Below, one piece after another: positions 21,266 through 33,160 of a stretch of 64,000 nucleotides of DNA (its first letter is position 1; each line of letters opens with the position of its first letter). The notes beneath the pieces are model-generated. The model saw only the letters and a program-made list of their open reading frames with translations. It ran no database searches and was not told where the DNA came from. The stretch covers positions 18,042,001 to 18,106,000 of the forward strand of contig OX597822.1 in the NCBI GenBank assembly GCA_951406725.2, in the 5' to 3' direction. A program made the translations under genes and the position numbers. The DNA is from Octopus vulgaris (taxonomy: Eukaryota).

Positions 21266-21408
21266 CACTAGCGTAGCTAGAGTAGGTGCTGCCCAGAGCG
21301 GCCCTTCAGTTTGCCCTCCTACCACTCCCACCAAAAAAAATATATTGCCTACCAGCAGACCCCAAAGTGGGGCACCCCTCCACCTCACCCCCTCTTGTTA
21401 CACTAGTG
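21266..21408. mobile_element. Small MITE (143 bp)
   Basis: TIRs CACTAGCGTAGCTAGAG / reverse complement CACTAGTGTAACAAGAG, TA on both flanks, GC-rich interior. Confidence 0.65.
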
Positions 21409-21501
21409 TATGTGGGGTTTGTTTTGGGAAGAAAATACTTCCAGCTGGACTAATTAACAAGTAAGCACATATCAACATATAACATATTTATTATAACTGT
21501 A

Positions 21502-21893
21502 GGCACAGGAGTGGCTGTATGGTAAGTAGCTTGCTTACCAACTACATGGTTCCGGGTTCAGTCCCACTGTGTGGTACCTTGGGTAAGTGTCTTTTACTAT
21601 AGCCTCAGGCTGACCAAAACCTCGTGAGTGGATTTGGTAGACGGAAACTGGAAGAAGCCTGCCGTATATATGTATATATATTTGTGCATGTCTCTGTGTT
21701 TGTCGTGTTTGTTCCCTTAGCATTGCTTGACAACCGATGCTGGTGTGTTTACATCCCTGTAACTTAGCGGTTCGGCAAAAGAGATCGATAGAATAAGTAT
21801 TAGGCGTACAAAGAATAAGTCCTGGGGTTGATTTGCTCGACTAAAGGTGGTGCTCCAGCATGGCCGCAGTCAAATGACTGAAACAAATAAAAG
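21502..21893 (+). mobile_element. tRNA-derived SINE, family A (full length; CORE-like central segment, LINE-derived 3' tail)
   Basis: Head gtggctgtatggtaag (A box-like) and gggttcagtccc (B box-like), then ccttgggtaagtgtc, an internal microsatellite, and 3' ggtgctccagcatggccgcagtcaaatgactgaaacaaataaaag. Confidence 0.88.
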
Positions 21894-23049
21894 AGTTGAA
21901 ACTTGACTGATGACAACAGTAAAGGAAAAAAGACTGCAGGATCTATTGTGCATGTGTGTGTGTGTGTGTGTGTGGTGGGATGTAGGTGTGTGTGTTTGGA
22001 GAGGAGTGGGGATTAATGAGCCAAATACTTTTAAACCCCTGATAGTTTTATTATATTCTGGGGATATTTAAAAAAAAACAAACAAATAGTTGTTCTGCTT
22101 TAGACTAATTAGAAACATTGATTATTAATATTGAATCAACAAATGTTTGATGGGGAGAATTTAAACTTTAATGTCTTTTATTTTTCTGCTTACTCTGTTG
22201 GGGGAGTTAACTCGCTCACAGTGCCACCAGATAAACACATTAACATTTCAATTCTTCGTGTTTAATATTTGTGCATTTGATTCCTAGTGTTTCTAATTAG
22301 CTTAAAATGGTTATCTAAACAGGTTTTTTATTCTTTTCATTTTATTCTTAAATAAAATAACTCAACTTCAAATTTACATGTGTTTTCCCATTACAAAAAA
22401 AATATTCTAAACATAAAATAGATGCAGCAGTATCTGGTAGGTGAATAGCTTGCTTCCCAACCACATGGTTCCGGGTTCAGTCCCACTGCGTGGCACCTTG
22501 GGCAAGTGTCTTCTACTATAGCCTCGGGCGAACCAAAGCCTTGCATGTGGATTTGGTAGATGGAAACTTTTCTGCTGTTTTTCCTCATTTCTTTCACGTG
22601 ATCCAATCCCTTGAGGGCCACCACCACTCACCATTTCCTATGTCTTCCATCAATCTTCCTTTCCAGAAATTTCCTTCCATTTCAATTACTTGCTATTCAC
22701 TGCTTAACTTTTATCCTTTCTCTTCACTTTAAACATTGCATCACTCATTTAATTGTGGCCATACTGGGGCAACTGCTTTACAGGATTTTAGTTGAGCAAA
22801 TTTTCCCCAGGGCTTATGTGGTTTATAAGTCTAGTACTTATTCTATTGGTGCCTTTTACCAAACTGCTAAGTTACAGGGATGTAAATAAAAACTAAGACT
22901 AGTTGTCAAATGGTGATGAGAGTGACAAACACAAGGACACACAAAAGTAGTGGTCAGCCTAGGGCTATAGTGGAAGACATTTGCCCAAAGTGTCATTCAA
23001 TAGAACTAGGATTGACCCCAAAAGCCACAACCAGTTCAAATTTCTCTGT

Positions 23050-23500
23050 TCAACGGTTACATCTTTTGTTCACGCACACAAACAGGATCTTGTCTTCTGT
23101 TCTGCTAACTAAAGTTGTTTGTCTTCAGTAGACTTATGGTAAGGTCTGTTGGTCCTAGGCTTTGCTTATATGATTGGAACTTATCTAATTCTTCAATAGA
23201 TTTAGCTCTTAGAGCACAACATCATCAGTATCCAGAAGTCCCCATGGACAATCAGGTTTAACTTCCTCTGTTGTAACCTGAAGAACTCTTATAAACAGGA
23301 TGGGATTGAGAACTGAGCCCCGTTACACACCTACTGGTTGTTAAATTCGGTGTTGAACTTTTTGATAACTTTCACCCTGCTCACAGCTTCTCTGTGTTTG
23401 GCTTGCATGATTGTGTCACCCTCATCTGCACCCTACCTTGTTTTTAACCATACCCAGACCACATAAAGGTGGTACCAGCCATCCTTGAACTTACGTGACT
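23050..23500 (-). mobile_element. Heavily decayed RTE reverse transcriptase fragment
   Basis: Minus-strand translation ...VGV*RGSVLNPILFIRVLQVTTEEVKPDCPWGLLDTDD...AKSIEEL resembles the RTE motifs VGVHQGSVLSPLLF / CPWELLYADD. Confidence 0.75.
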
Positions 23501-23539
23501 TGTTTCTCTTTTAAGACTAGCAGATTCATTCATTTATAT

Positions 23540-23835
23540 AACAGAACCTCAGTCGATGAACTGATATCCTTCCCGAGGCCATTTGTCACCTGAATTCTTC
23601 ATAAATTGAAACTACTTTCCCCATAGGGAATTCAAGAGAATGTACAATGAATCTGAGAAGGAATGTGCACAGAATGAATGTTAGAGAGTGACTGCCACCC
23701 TCCTCCCACCTTGTTGTTAGCTGTGGTCACTGGTTTGTCTGTTCATTACCCGAAATGTTTTATTTTCAAACAATTTTGCATAAACTGATTTGTTCATATT
23801 GAAAGGTATTCCCAATAAACCAAAGTTCCCCTGTA
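23540..23835. mobile_element. Tc1/pogo-like MITE, decayed; same family as 15864-16110
   Basis: Shared internal motifs; ends ...gttcccctg-ta. Confidence 0.55.
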
Positions 23836-24246
23836 TTTGGTAAATGGTAAACATTACGTATCCACACATTTTTTGTTTATGGCATTTTGGTTTTAAATGA
23901 AGATGTAGCACTAATACATTTTATGTATATATATAGCTATATCTACATACATATGCTTGTATGTAAAGGTATATATATAATATATAAATTAGAGAGAAAC
24001 CACTATTATGCAATTCAATTTTTCCCTGAAAGTTTGGAGTTATACTCCCTAATATTATTATTATATATGTATGTATATATATATATATATTTACACTCTT
24101 GGAGTGGCTGGTGTTAGGAAGAGCATCCAGCTGTAGAAAACCATGTCAAATCAGACTGGTGCAGACTTCCAGCATGCCAGCCCGGTCAAACTGTCTTGCC
24201 CATGCCAACATGGACAATGGACATTAAATGATGATGATTATATATA

Positions 24247-24475
24247 TTTCTTTACTGCCCACAAGGGGCTACACACAGAGGGGACAAACAAGGACAGACA
24301 AACGGATTAAGTCAATTATATCGTCCCCAGTGCGTAACTGGTACTTAATTTATCAACCCTGAAAGGATGAAAGGCAAAGTTGACCTCGGCGGAAGTTGAA
24401 CTCAGAACGTAAAGACAGACGAAATACCGCTAAGCATTTCGTCCAGCATGCTAACGATTCTGCCAGCTCACTGCC
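24247..24475 (-). mobile_element. SINE family B (full length)
   Basis: High similarity to 10537-10762. Confidence 0.85.
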
Positions 24476-24495
24476 TTTTATGATGACTATATATA

Positions 24496-25296
24496 GAAGG
24501 TGATATCAAAAAGTTCTAGAGTGCACCAACAGATAGCAGCACACAGTTATGTGCACAGTGAGAGCTTCATGAGAGAGTGTGCCAAGTGTCATTGTTGTGT
24601 TTACTTTGCAAGTTGTGAAATTTGTGTCTTTCTCATGAGGTGTATACTGTACTTTTGTCATTTTTGTCATGGACACAAAGTTGGAACAACGCGCCAATGC
24701 CAAAATTTTGCGTTAAACTTGGGTAGTCTGCTACAGAGGACAATGAGCATGCTTACAGCAACAAAGCCATGGGTCATATACAATATTTTGAGTGGCACAA
24801 CAGAACCACATCTCAATGAAGAGCATGCTCATCATTTTTGTTTTGACATCTGCAGTATTGTGTATCAAGAATTCATCCCCCAGAACCAGACCATCAATCA
24901 GGAGTTCTACTGCCACATTTTGAAGCATTAGAGGAAGGACATTTGGTAAAAGTGACCAGATTTGTGAAGCATGAAGCACTGGATTCTTCACAATGACAAT
25001 GCACCCTGTTACTCACCTCTCCTCATTCATGAGTTTCTCACCAAAAACAGCTTGGCATCGTTTCTGCACCTTCCCTATTCACCGTTTAAGCACTGTTGTC
25101 AAAATCAAGAGCAAATTGCAGAAGATTCTGGATTTTCTTACAAAAAATGACTTCCAGACCAGATTCCAAAAATGGCAGGAACTGTGGGATGGGTGTATTG
25201 GTGCACAAAGTAACTATTTTGAAGGAGATGAGGTTAAAACTTGGATAAATTACTTTTTATTAAACATAACTTGTCTGGAAACTTTTTGATACCCCT

Positions 25297-25298
<2 letters not shown>
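24496..25298 (+). mobile_element. Internally deleted mariner transposon
   Basis: TIRs gaaggtgatatcaaaaagttctaga / reverse complement caaggggtatcaaaaagtttccaga with TA flanks. Remnant translation FDICSIVYQEFIPQNQTINQEFYC...WILHNDNAP...YFEGD. Confidence 0.9.
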
Positions 25299-25373
<75 letters not shown>

Positions 25374-26004
25374 ATTTATATGTATGTGTATATGTGTGTG
25401 TGTGTGTGTGTGTATTTATATGTATGTGTATATGTGTGTGTGTGTGTGTGTGTATTTATATGTATGTGTATATGTGTGTGTGTGTGTGTGTGTATTTATA
25501 TGTATGTGTATATATATATGTGTGGGTGTATGTATATATATATATATATATTATACAGTGCAGGTGGCACGTAAAAAGCACCCACTACACTCACGGAGTG
25601 GTTGGCGTTAGGAAGGGCATCCAGCTGTAGAAACACTGCCAGATCAGACTGGAGCCTGGTGTAGCCTTTTGGCTTCCCATATCCCCGGTCAAACTGTCCC
25701 ACCCATGCTAGCATGGAAAACGGACGTTAAACGATGATGATGATGCCAATATTGTGTAAACTATTGAAGATATGGGAAGAGGTTGATGGCATTGGAATTG
25801 TAACAACAGATGTTTCTCTTCAAATGCTCCAGACTGAAGAAGACAAGCCCTCCCACCGCCAGTGCTAAGTTCTTCTATTGCTTTTAACTGGACATTAATC
25901 TCCCTTAACCTCACCAACTTATCTTGATCTTTCATTATGGCATGAAACAAAGAAAAGAGCTTAGGAATGCTGCTCCCCTCTTCATTCTCAGACTTTACAT
26001 ATAC

Positions 26005-26035
<31 letters not shown>

Positions 26036-26047
26036 GGCACACACACA

Positions 26048-26088
<41 letters not shown>

Positions 26089-27188
26089 TTATGTATGTAT
26101 TATATAATTGAATAAATAAATAAAACCCCAAAAAGTCAACTTCATTAGGACACCGTTCTTCGTTCTCTTTTATGGAAAGATGATTCGTCTATCGATCAGA
26201 TATTTGTATATTCTTATCAATCATTTTTGTCATTACCAATGTCATGCTATGGCTCCACAAATTATATTCTATTATTATGTTAGTCGCCACTGAGGATATA
26301 TCACAGCAGACATATGTTTCATGAGGTTAACCTCAGAATTATCAAGAATAAATAGATTATATCGCCAACTTCAAATACATGAAACCAATTGAAAGCTGAA
26401 GAATCAATTATATGAAACATTGTTCAAACAATGAAAGAAATAAGAGACCATGTTTGTCAAAAGGAACTTATATTGGTAAACACATCACCAGATAAACTGT
26501 TTTCCTCGTCGTTCTTATATTTGGCAAACACTGCCCCCTAACTCGGAAATGATGTTATCATCAATGGAGAAAATTCCATGAATTTGAATTACACATTTAA
26601 AAAGCTGAGTTTGTGCCAGAAACAAGTATATAATAGAATATTGTGAAAGGAACTAATAAACAGCATCACATTCTCTTGATACAATAATACACTGGATGGA
26701 TGCAGTCATGGCTGTATGACTAGGAAACTTTCTTTATAGTCACAAGATCCTGAGTTCAATTCCACTGTGTGCCATCTTTGGCCAATTTTTTTAACCTTAA
26801 TCCTAACCTAAGTAAACGCTGCTTAAACTGTTGTCCTATACTCACTAAGAGTCAAACTCTTCCTCACTTGATATCCTTATTTAATATTGTCTCCCTTTCA
26901 TTTCTCAACAAAAATCATCATTAACACTAGATTTTTTTCTTTTCATTGTGTGTTTAATATTGATGTTATGTATATTATATTTCACTTGAGTATATATAGA
27001 CACATTTGTTGGTTGTGTTTCTGTATATGCATGTCTATGTATGTGTATGTAAGTATGTGTATGAGAGAGAGAGATAGAGTGTGTGTGTGTGTGTGTGTGT
27101 GTTTACCTATGTACACTTGGTACTACACTGCATAAACAATACTGCAAGATCTACAGGAACTTACATACTAATGTGTTATCTGGGGAAA

Positions 27189-27462
27189 TACATGCTCTGA
27201 TAAATAAGTATATCGACTGTTGCTATAGTAACAAAGCTAAAGCATGCAGAGTGAAGCTACTTGGCACAGATTGACCTTGAACTCTACTATGCATGCACAC
27301 TACCTCACTTCCGCTGTTTACAGCAGTACTTGGAAGGAACATGTGTTGTGTGTGATTGTCACATTGAACATGACAAAGAAAGTTGAGCCAAGAATCTGCA
27401 TCAAATTTTGCCAAAGGCTTGACAATACTTGCTCAGAGGCCTACACAAAGTTTTCAAAAAAT
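27189..27462 (+). mobile_element. Mariner 5' fragment
   Basis: MTKKVEPRICIKFCQRLDNTCSEAY resembles a mariner transposase N-terminus. Confidence 0.75.
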
Positions 27463-27985
27463 TTTCATCATTTTTGACACAATCAAGGAGATTTTGTGCA
27501 ACCAAAACCCGAGCGCCTTCTTGGTCAGCTGAAAGCAGTTTTGGCATAAACTTGGCAGCCACACGTCTCAAACCCAAATCTTCAGTGGTAATGGAACTGA
27601 ACCATAACTAAACTGCACATACTCTGATAACTCACAGATGGTGATTCGACAATTTCCCCTCACAGCTGCATTGCACATCTGCAATGTTTTTCTTAGTTCT
27701 GCTGGTTGTTGTTCTCCCAGAATGTTCCTCAATACTGACATCTTTTGGTCCATCTTGGAAACGACTGAAACACTCATACACTTGTGTTCAGCTCATACAC
27801 TCCTCTCCAGACACTTTCTGCAACTGCATGTAGGCTTCTGAGGAGGTATCACCTGACAATTTTCTCTGTGATGGTCAATGTGATAATCACAAACTACACG
27901 TTTTCCCACCTAGCACTGCTATAAACAGTAGAAGTGAGCTAGAATATTAAAACTTAGTGCACATGCACAACATAGTTCAACATGG
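27463..27985 (-). mobile_element. Mariner 5' fragment, opposite orientation
   Basis: Minus strand: SEAYMQLQKVSGEECMS*TQVYECFSRFQDG...RITICELSE...EDLGLRRVAAKFMPKLLSADQ. The 5' UTR is homologous to 27290-27370. Confidence 0.8.
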
Positions 27986-28379
27986 CAGTGAAACATGAGC
28001 TGTAACTGCTGAGGACATGCATAAGTTTGCAAGGAATGAAGCTAGACTATGCCAGTGCAGCATAACCAGCCCATTTAAGAGTACCCTTCAATCATTGGGC
28101 AGTAAATTGCACTTGCAAAGACCTGTTGAGGCAAGTGAAGTCATTGTCATGGCTGATGCCTGTACCGCCTGACTGGCTCCCAAGCCGGTGGCACATAAAA
28201 AGCACCCACCCACTACACTCTTGGAGTGGTTGGCATTAGGAAGGGCATCCAGCTGTAGGAAACATACATTGCCAGATCAGATTGGAGCTTGGTACAGCCT
28301 TCTGGCTTGCCAGTCTTCAGTCAAACTACTGAACTCATGCCAGTATGGAAAGCAGATGTTAAACAATGATGATGATGAT
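27983..28379 (+). mobile_element. RTE LINE 3' fragment with (GAT)n tail
   Basis: GSET*AVTAEDMHKFARNEA remnant followed by the standard 3' tail. Confidence 0.85.
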
Positions 28380-28387
28380 ATATATAT

Positions 28388-29381
28388 TGTTACGGGGGGA
28401 CCTCTGAACGAACGAAAGCTGTTACGGAATCCCTCACACAGGCCCGATCGATCAGCGAATGTTCGCCATGGAAACTCGGAGAGGAGAGAGATAACGACAA
28501 CAACTACAACAACAGCCGCAAAAAGAGACACAGAGGCAACACAAAGAGGGCAAGGCAATTGGCTCACATTTAATGTACTAGTTTATAACACTTTATAATT
28601 GTTACAACATCAATTACATATCAGATACATCAAATGCAATAACAACAGCATTTCAAGAAAACAACAAATCAATATGTCATACAGTCCGGAGACAACAGTT
28701 CTGTTTCAAATCACATTAACATTACAGTTCAAAGGACATTAAAGGCATATACAGTTCAATGTTCATTAAATTCTTTTCAACAACTCTGTACACAATGTCT
28801 TTACACAGTTCTCTTTAGCCTTTTCTTTATAACCATCAACAACATAAACAATGTTCTTTTTACTGTCTCATTTCTTTTACATTTCAATACATCGATTCTT
28901 TTTCCTTCTTTTTCTTCACATATCAATACAACAATTCATGTACCGTTACTTTAGCCAATGCCTCATATTGTAGTTCCTCTCTATCAGCTGCCCAATCCTC
29001 TGTATATCTCTCTCTCTGTCACAGCAGAACAAACCAACTGCTAAAATCCAAACTGCCGACTGCAAAAATTCAAACTGCCAACCACTTGCCTTGAATTCCA
29101 AATACCGACTGCCAAATCCAACTTGCTCTGTCCTCGACTGCCTTCTCACTACCCCCAATCTCTCTATCGCAATCTCCCTCTCTTTTAGCTCTGCAATACT
29201 CTCTGCCTGTCTTCCTCAGCCCCTCATCCTCTCTCACTGTCTCTCACAAACTGAACTCTAATTCACCTGATAGGGTCGGGGAGCTTCCCCAGAGCTAATT
29301 AATCAACCCACATCTGGCAGAACAATGGATTCATCCCCAAAAGTAGGTCGCCGGCTCTGTCCTTAAGTTGAACTCACAACA
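28388..29381 (-). mobile_element. Solo LTR (~1 kb), probably Ty3/Gypsy-type; orientation tentative
   Basis: Starts TGTT and ends AACA, with ATAT on both flanks (4-bp TSD candidate). Non-coding, contains internal ~22-bp degenerate tandem repeats (29036-29140) and a minus-strand ATTAAA near 28570. Confidence 0.65.
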
Positions 29382-29388
29382 ATATATA

Positions 29389-30957
29389 TCTATATATATA
29401 AAACTGAGAATGTGTGTCTGTCTGTCTGTCTGTCTGTGTGTTTCCCCAAAACTTGAGAACTACACAACCAATTTCATTCAAATTTTACACATGCCTTACT
29501 TAGGGTCCAGGGAGTGTCATTGGCAAAAAATGTTCAACTTCTTGCCTAGAGCGAGCCCATAGCAATATCATATCTTCTCCACTATTTCAGTATTACGTGT
29601 TAAAAGTGAAACAAAAACATTTCCTATTTTATGTCAGATGCTTTCACTTTAACAATAAAAATAATAATAACAATTGAATTATATGTAGTAAGTAATAATT
29701 AAAATCAAACTAAAGTATAATATTTATCGTAACATAACAAAAGTAAAAATAGCAATTGGTATAAAATTGCATCAATGACTTGAACTTGAATCAGTGGTTT
29801 CACATGAATAGGAATAAATAAAAGATAAAATTTAAACGCAGAAATGGAATAGTCCAGATGGAGGTGTGCACGGCTTTTACATTAGATTATTTGCTAATTA
29901 GCTAGCATTAAGCATCTATATGAAGTTTGGCTGTATGTAATGTCTCTTTTCTCGAAAAATGCTTCTACCGAGTACCACTGTTGGTTTATTTCTGATCCAT
30001 AAAGGCCTATAGCTTCAACAGAGTACTGCCTTTTGGTTTACCGTAAGGTTTGTTGTTATTATTATTTCTGTTTAACTATCACGTTTGTTGGTTCCTTGTA
30101 AGGGAAGCGTTGTTGTGTTGCATTTGTTAAATAATTGTAACCTGTAACCCTCCCCCTTTGGGAGAAGGAGCTTTGGTTATTGTTTAAAAATTGAATTGTG
30201 TCTCTGTTTGGGGATATTGACAATATTTTCACCGTTTACACGGAAGCATTTTTGTTAAAATATCTTCGATAGAAGAAAGTCCAAAAATGAATTTCGCTGC
30301 AGCCGTCGGCGGGCGGCAAACTCATTAAAATTAAAATGGAAGAAATACAAACCTATTTCGGATTGATCACCAACAAAGACGGTGAATCTAGGATAACACC
30401 ACCAAACGAAATAAAAAATTAAATTAAAGAAAAGACTATTGCCTATAAAGTATACAATGTAGAGAAAAAAAACGATTTGAACACCTGGAGGAAAGCACTA
30501 TTGAAAAGTGTCTTGGTGCGACTATGAAAGATATCAAGTATCTAACCAGAGGTGGTAAATTCGCCACAATAGAAGCAAGGTCCGAGTCAACGGAGCGTGC
30601 AAGGGAGTACTCAACTCGAACCTTGCAAAGTGGAAATATTTTATTTTTACCTTTATATCTGGGACGTATGACGTCCCGGATAAAAATTTAAAATGTACCC
30701 CCCAGAAGTAGAGGTAGGCTGGATTGTAGCCACACTTCTATGCAAGAGGAAGGACAAGATACAATTGATTGAAATTGCAAGAGACAGGCCTACAATTCCA
30801 GTCTGTTATATATTTTGAGTATTGTTATCACTAGCGATATCAAGATATAACTTTGTATTTTATGTGTAGATGTATATATATATAGATGTACAGGTAATAT
30901 GTAAACATATATATATGCACTAGCACTATGACCTGGCAACGCCGGGTCATAATGCTA

Positions 30958-30958
<1 letters not shown>
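29389..30958 (+). mobile_element. Non-autonomous Helitron (complete termini)
   Basis: A|TCTATATATATAAAACTGAG... 5' end with (CTGT)n; 3' hairpin ATGACCTGGC-AAC-GCCGGGTCAT followed by AATG-CTAG|T; inserted in an AT dinucleotide. Confidence 0.88.
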
Positions 30959-31000
<42 letters not shown>

Positions 31001-31008
31001 CAGAGTGA

Positions 31009-31140
31009 TGTAGTAAAGATTGTTTGCCAACATAACACGGCAGTCCTGGTTTAGGACAAATGTCTCCTGGGTCTAAATTACAGCAACATTCATCCTAAAC
31101 CAGGACTGCCATATTATGTTGGCAAACAATCTTTACTACA
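31009..31140. repeat. Inverted repeat, 55-bp arms, 22-nt spacer
   Basis: 31009-31063 vs reverse complement of 31086-31140, 4 mismatches by eye. Confidence 0.9.
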
Positions 31141-31167
31141 AAGTACTGTTGCTGAATATCTCATGTT

Positions 31168-31760
31168 GTGAGATTTAAAGATAGTAATTTTGAATACCTT
31201 GAAACAACCAACAATTGGATGCTAAAACTTGTTGAAAAACATGAAAGACCAAGAAAACCTCACTCTATTCTGAAAGAGAGCAAAAAATTTGCTACTAATC
31301 TCTTAGATACCTACCAGATTGATCAGGCTGAAGGAAATGCGCCAACTGCTGCTACAAAGAAAAGAAAATTAATTGCAAAGACAAAAGCACATGAAAAATT
31401 AGCTAGCAGATGGGAACAGAAACCTCTCCATGGCAAGTATGTGGCCCATAGCAAACAAGCTGATGTCAACCAGAAACACACGCACCAATGGTTACAAAGC
31501 TCAGGGCTAAAAGCAGAGAGTGAAGGTTTCATATTAGCTGCTCAAGACCAAGGCTTATTAACCCAGAACTACCAAGCCAATGTGATAAAAAATGGAGCTG
31601 ACCCAAAATACCGATTCTGTAACGATGAGATTGAAACTATAGACCACCTAATCTCAGGTGGTCTATAGAATATAAAGCAAGGCATGACAGAGTTGGCCAG
31701 TATTTACACTGGACAGTATGTTGGCATTATAAAATCAAAACCGATGACAAATGGTATAGA
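31168..31760 (+). mobile_element. Dong/R4-clade non-LTR retrotransposon fragment (post-RT zinc-knuckle region)
   Basis: WEQKPLHGKY...WLQSSGLKAESEGFILAAQDQ.L.T...RFCNDEIETIDHLISG...EYKARHDRVGQYLHW is characteristic of R4/Dong ORFs. Confidence 0.88.
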
Positions 31761-31811
31761 AATTTTCTAAGGCACAGTAATGTCTTAACTTTGATTGTTG
31801 TATTTATTGCA

Positions 31812-31902
31812 GGACACTGATGAGGTAAAGTGCATGGTAGCCTAATGTTTCTATGAATGTTAAATAATTATTTTAACATTTTATTGAAACACATGTATGT
31901 CC
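31812..31902 (+). ncRNA. Type I hammerhead ribozyme motif with long helix II (partly decayed)
   Basis: GGACA | CTGATGA | GGTAAAGTG..CATTTTATT | GAAA-C-ACAT-GTA | TGTCC. Helix I is perfect, helix II has three G-U pairs, and the predicted cut is after GUA at 31897. Confidence 0.68.
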
Positions 31903-32438
31903 GAGAAAGTACTGAATACCACACCAGTATTTTGCTTATCATTGTTATATGTATTTACACACACACACACACACACAACTCTACACATGATACACTGCGT
32001 TTGTTTAATTCCTTGCTTTGCTTTTTGTTATTGTTTTGTTATTGCAGGAAAAGAATCTCCAGAGAAATTTCTTAGACAATTTCTATTGACAAAAGCAAAC
32101 ACAATAGTCTGGAATTCTTTTGAGATGATTTTTTTCTTTTTGCTTGGGGATTCATAATGTAGTGCAGTGTGCTGTTGTCAAGAACAAGACATCAATTATG
32201 GATTTGAAAGATGATTTGACACAAGGGGATTACCTTTATATATGATTCCTTTTTCTTTTTTTCTAACCACAAAAATTTATGTTTAACATTTATAATGAAT
32301 TTGACACAGTATTTTATTGAACAGAGTGATTATATTTATATGGCATGTTGGAATCGCTGCTGATTGGCATACATAAACATTCTACTGACTTAGTAAACAA
32401 TTTTGTAATGAGTCAAACAACACTTTTCATTGTATGTA

Positions 32439-32605
32439 TTTAACCATTTTTGTTTGAATATTTCTGTTGACATATTCAGCTTTTGTTTGAATTGATTTAA
32501 ACATAAAATGAGCAATTTAATAAAATAATTTTGTTCTTATTAAGTCGGTGCTTGGAACAAATTAACTTGAAACTTTGATCGAAGGTTTTGAGATCATTTT
32601 AACAC
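32439..32605. mobile_element. Decayed piggyBac-like MITE fragment (related copies at ~34045-34250, ~43860-43945, 44267-44987)
   Basis: Shared atttctgttga...ttttgtttgaatt..ttt..aa.ataa motif. The 44267 copy has ttaa-ccc...ggg-ttaa ends. Confidence 0.55.
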
Positions 32606-33114
32606 TTTAAGTGCTGAGCACATTTTCCATATAATCCTCCCAGCCTTGTTATAAACCATAAATTTATATGAAATGTAGGTGGTCCAGTATAAAAATCATG
32701 AAAATATAACCATTGCATGAGTTTTGATAGAATTTTCAGATACAATATTCATTTCTGTACAACAGGTAAAAACAGTTTTTACCTGTTGTCATATCACTGT
32801 CAACTTAAAGAAAGTTCAGTTGATTACATTTTGGTGTTTTCACATATGTTTACAAGAAGTTGTACAACTCTCATTAGAAAAATACATTGAGATCCATTGT
32901 CTTCATCTCTTTCAGTCAAAGATTTTGTAAAGCCCAACAAATTATTATCATTTACTCTGTGAAATAAGTATGTTCTCACAAACCCAGCAAAATGCAGAGA
33001 CATTGTATTGAAAATATATCAGTGAATTTATAATGCAGTTCTATATTAAAGAGATGAGGAATTATGTACATTATTTACAATTGACGGATATTTTTCCTCA
33101 TCTTGTTTGTTGTT

Positions 33115-33160
33115 AACACAATGTTTCGGCTGATATACCCTCCAGCCTTCATCAGGTGTC
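33115..33160 (-). ncRNA. Minimal type I hammerhead ribozyme motif
   Basis: GACAC | CTGATGA A | GGCTGG-AGGGTATA-TCAGCC | GAAA CATT | GTGTT. Confidence 0.78.

Noticed and set aside
21502-21575. tRNA gene
   Set aside because: A/B-box-like head of a multi-copy SINE; no convincing cloverleaf.
26290-26430. GAAACATATGTC (minus) and CTGAAGA..GAAAC (plus) hammerhead-like words
   Set aside because: No intact core together with pairing helices I and II.
26420-26580. Minus-strand open stretch IDDNIISELGAVFAKYKNDEENSLSGD as a possible exon
   Set aside because: No recognisable homology or clear splice sites; cannot be supported from sequence alone.
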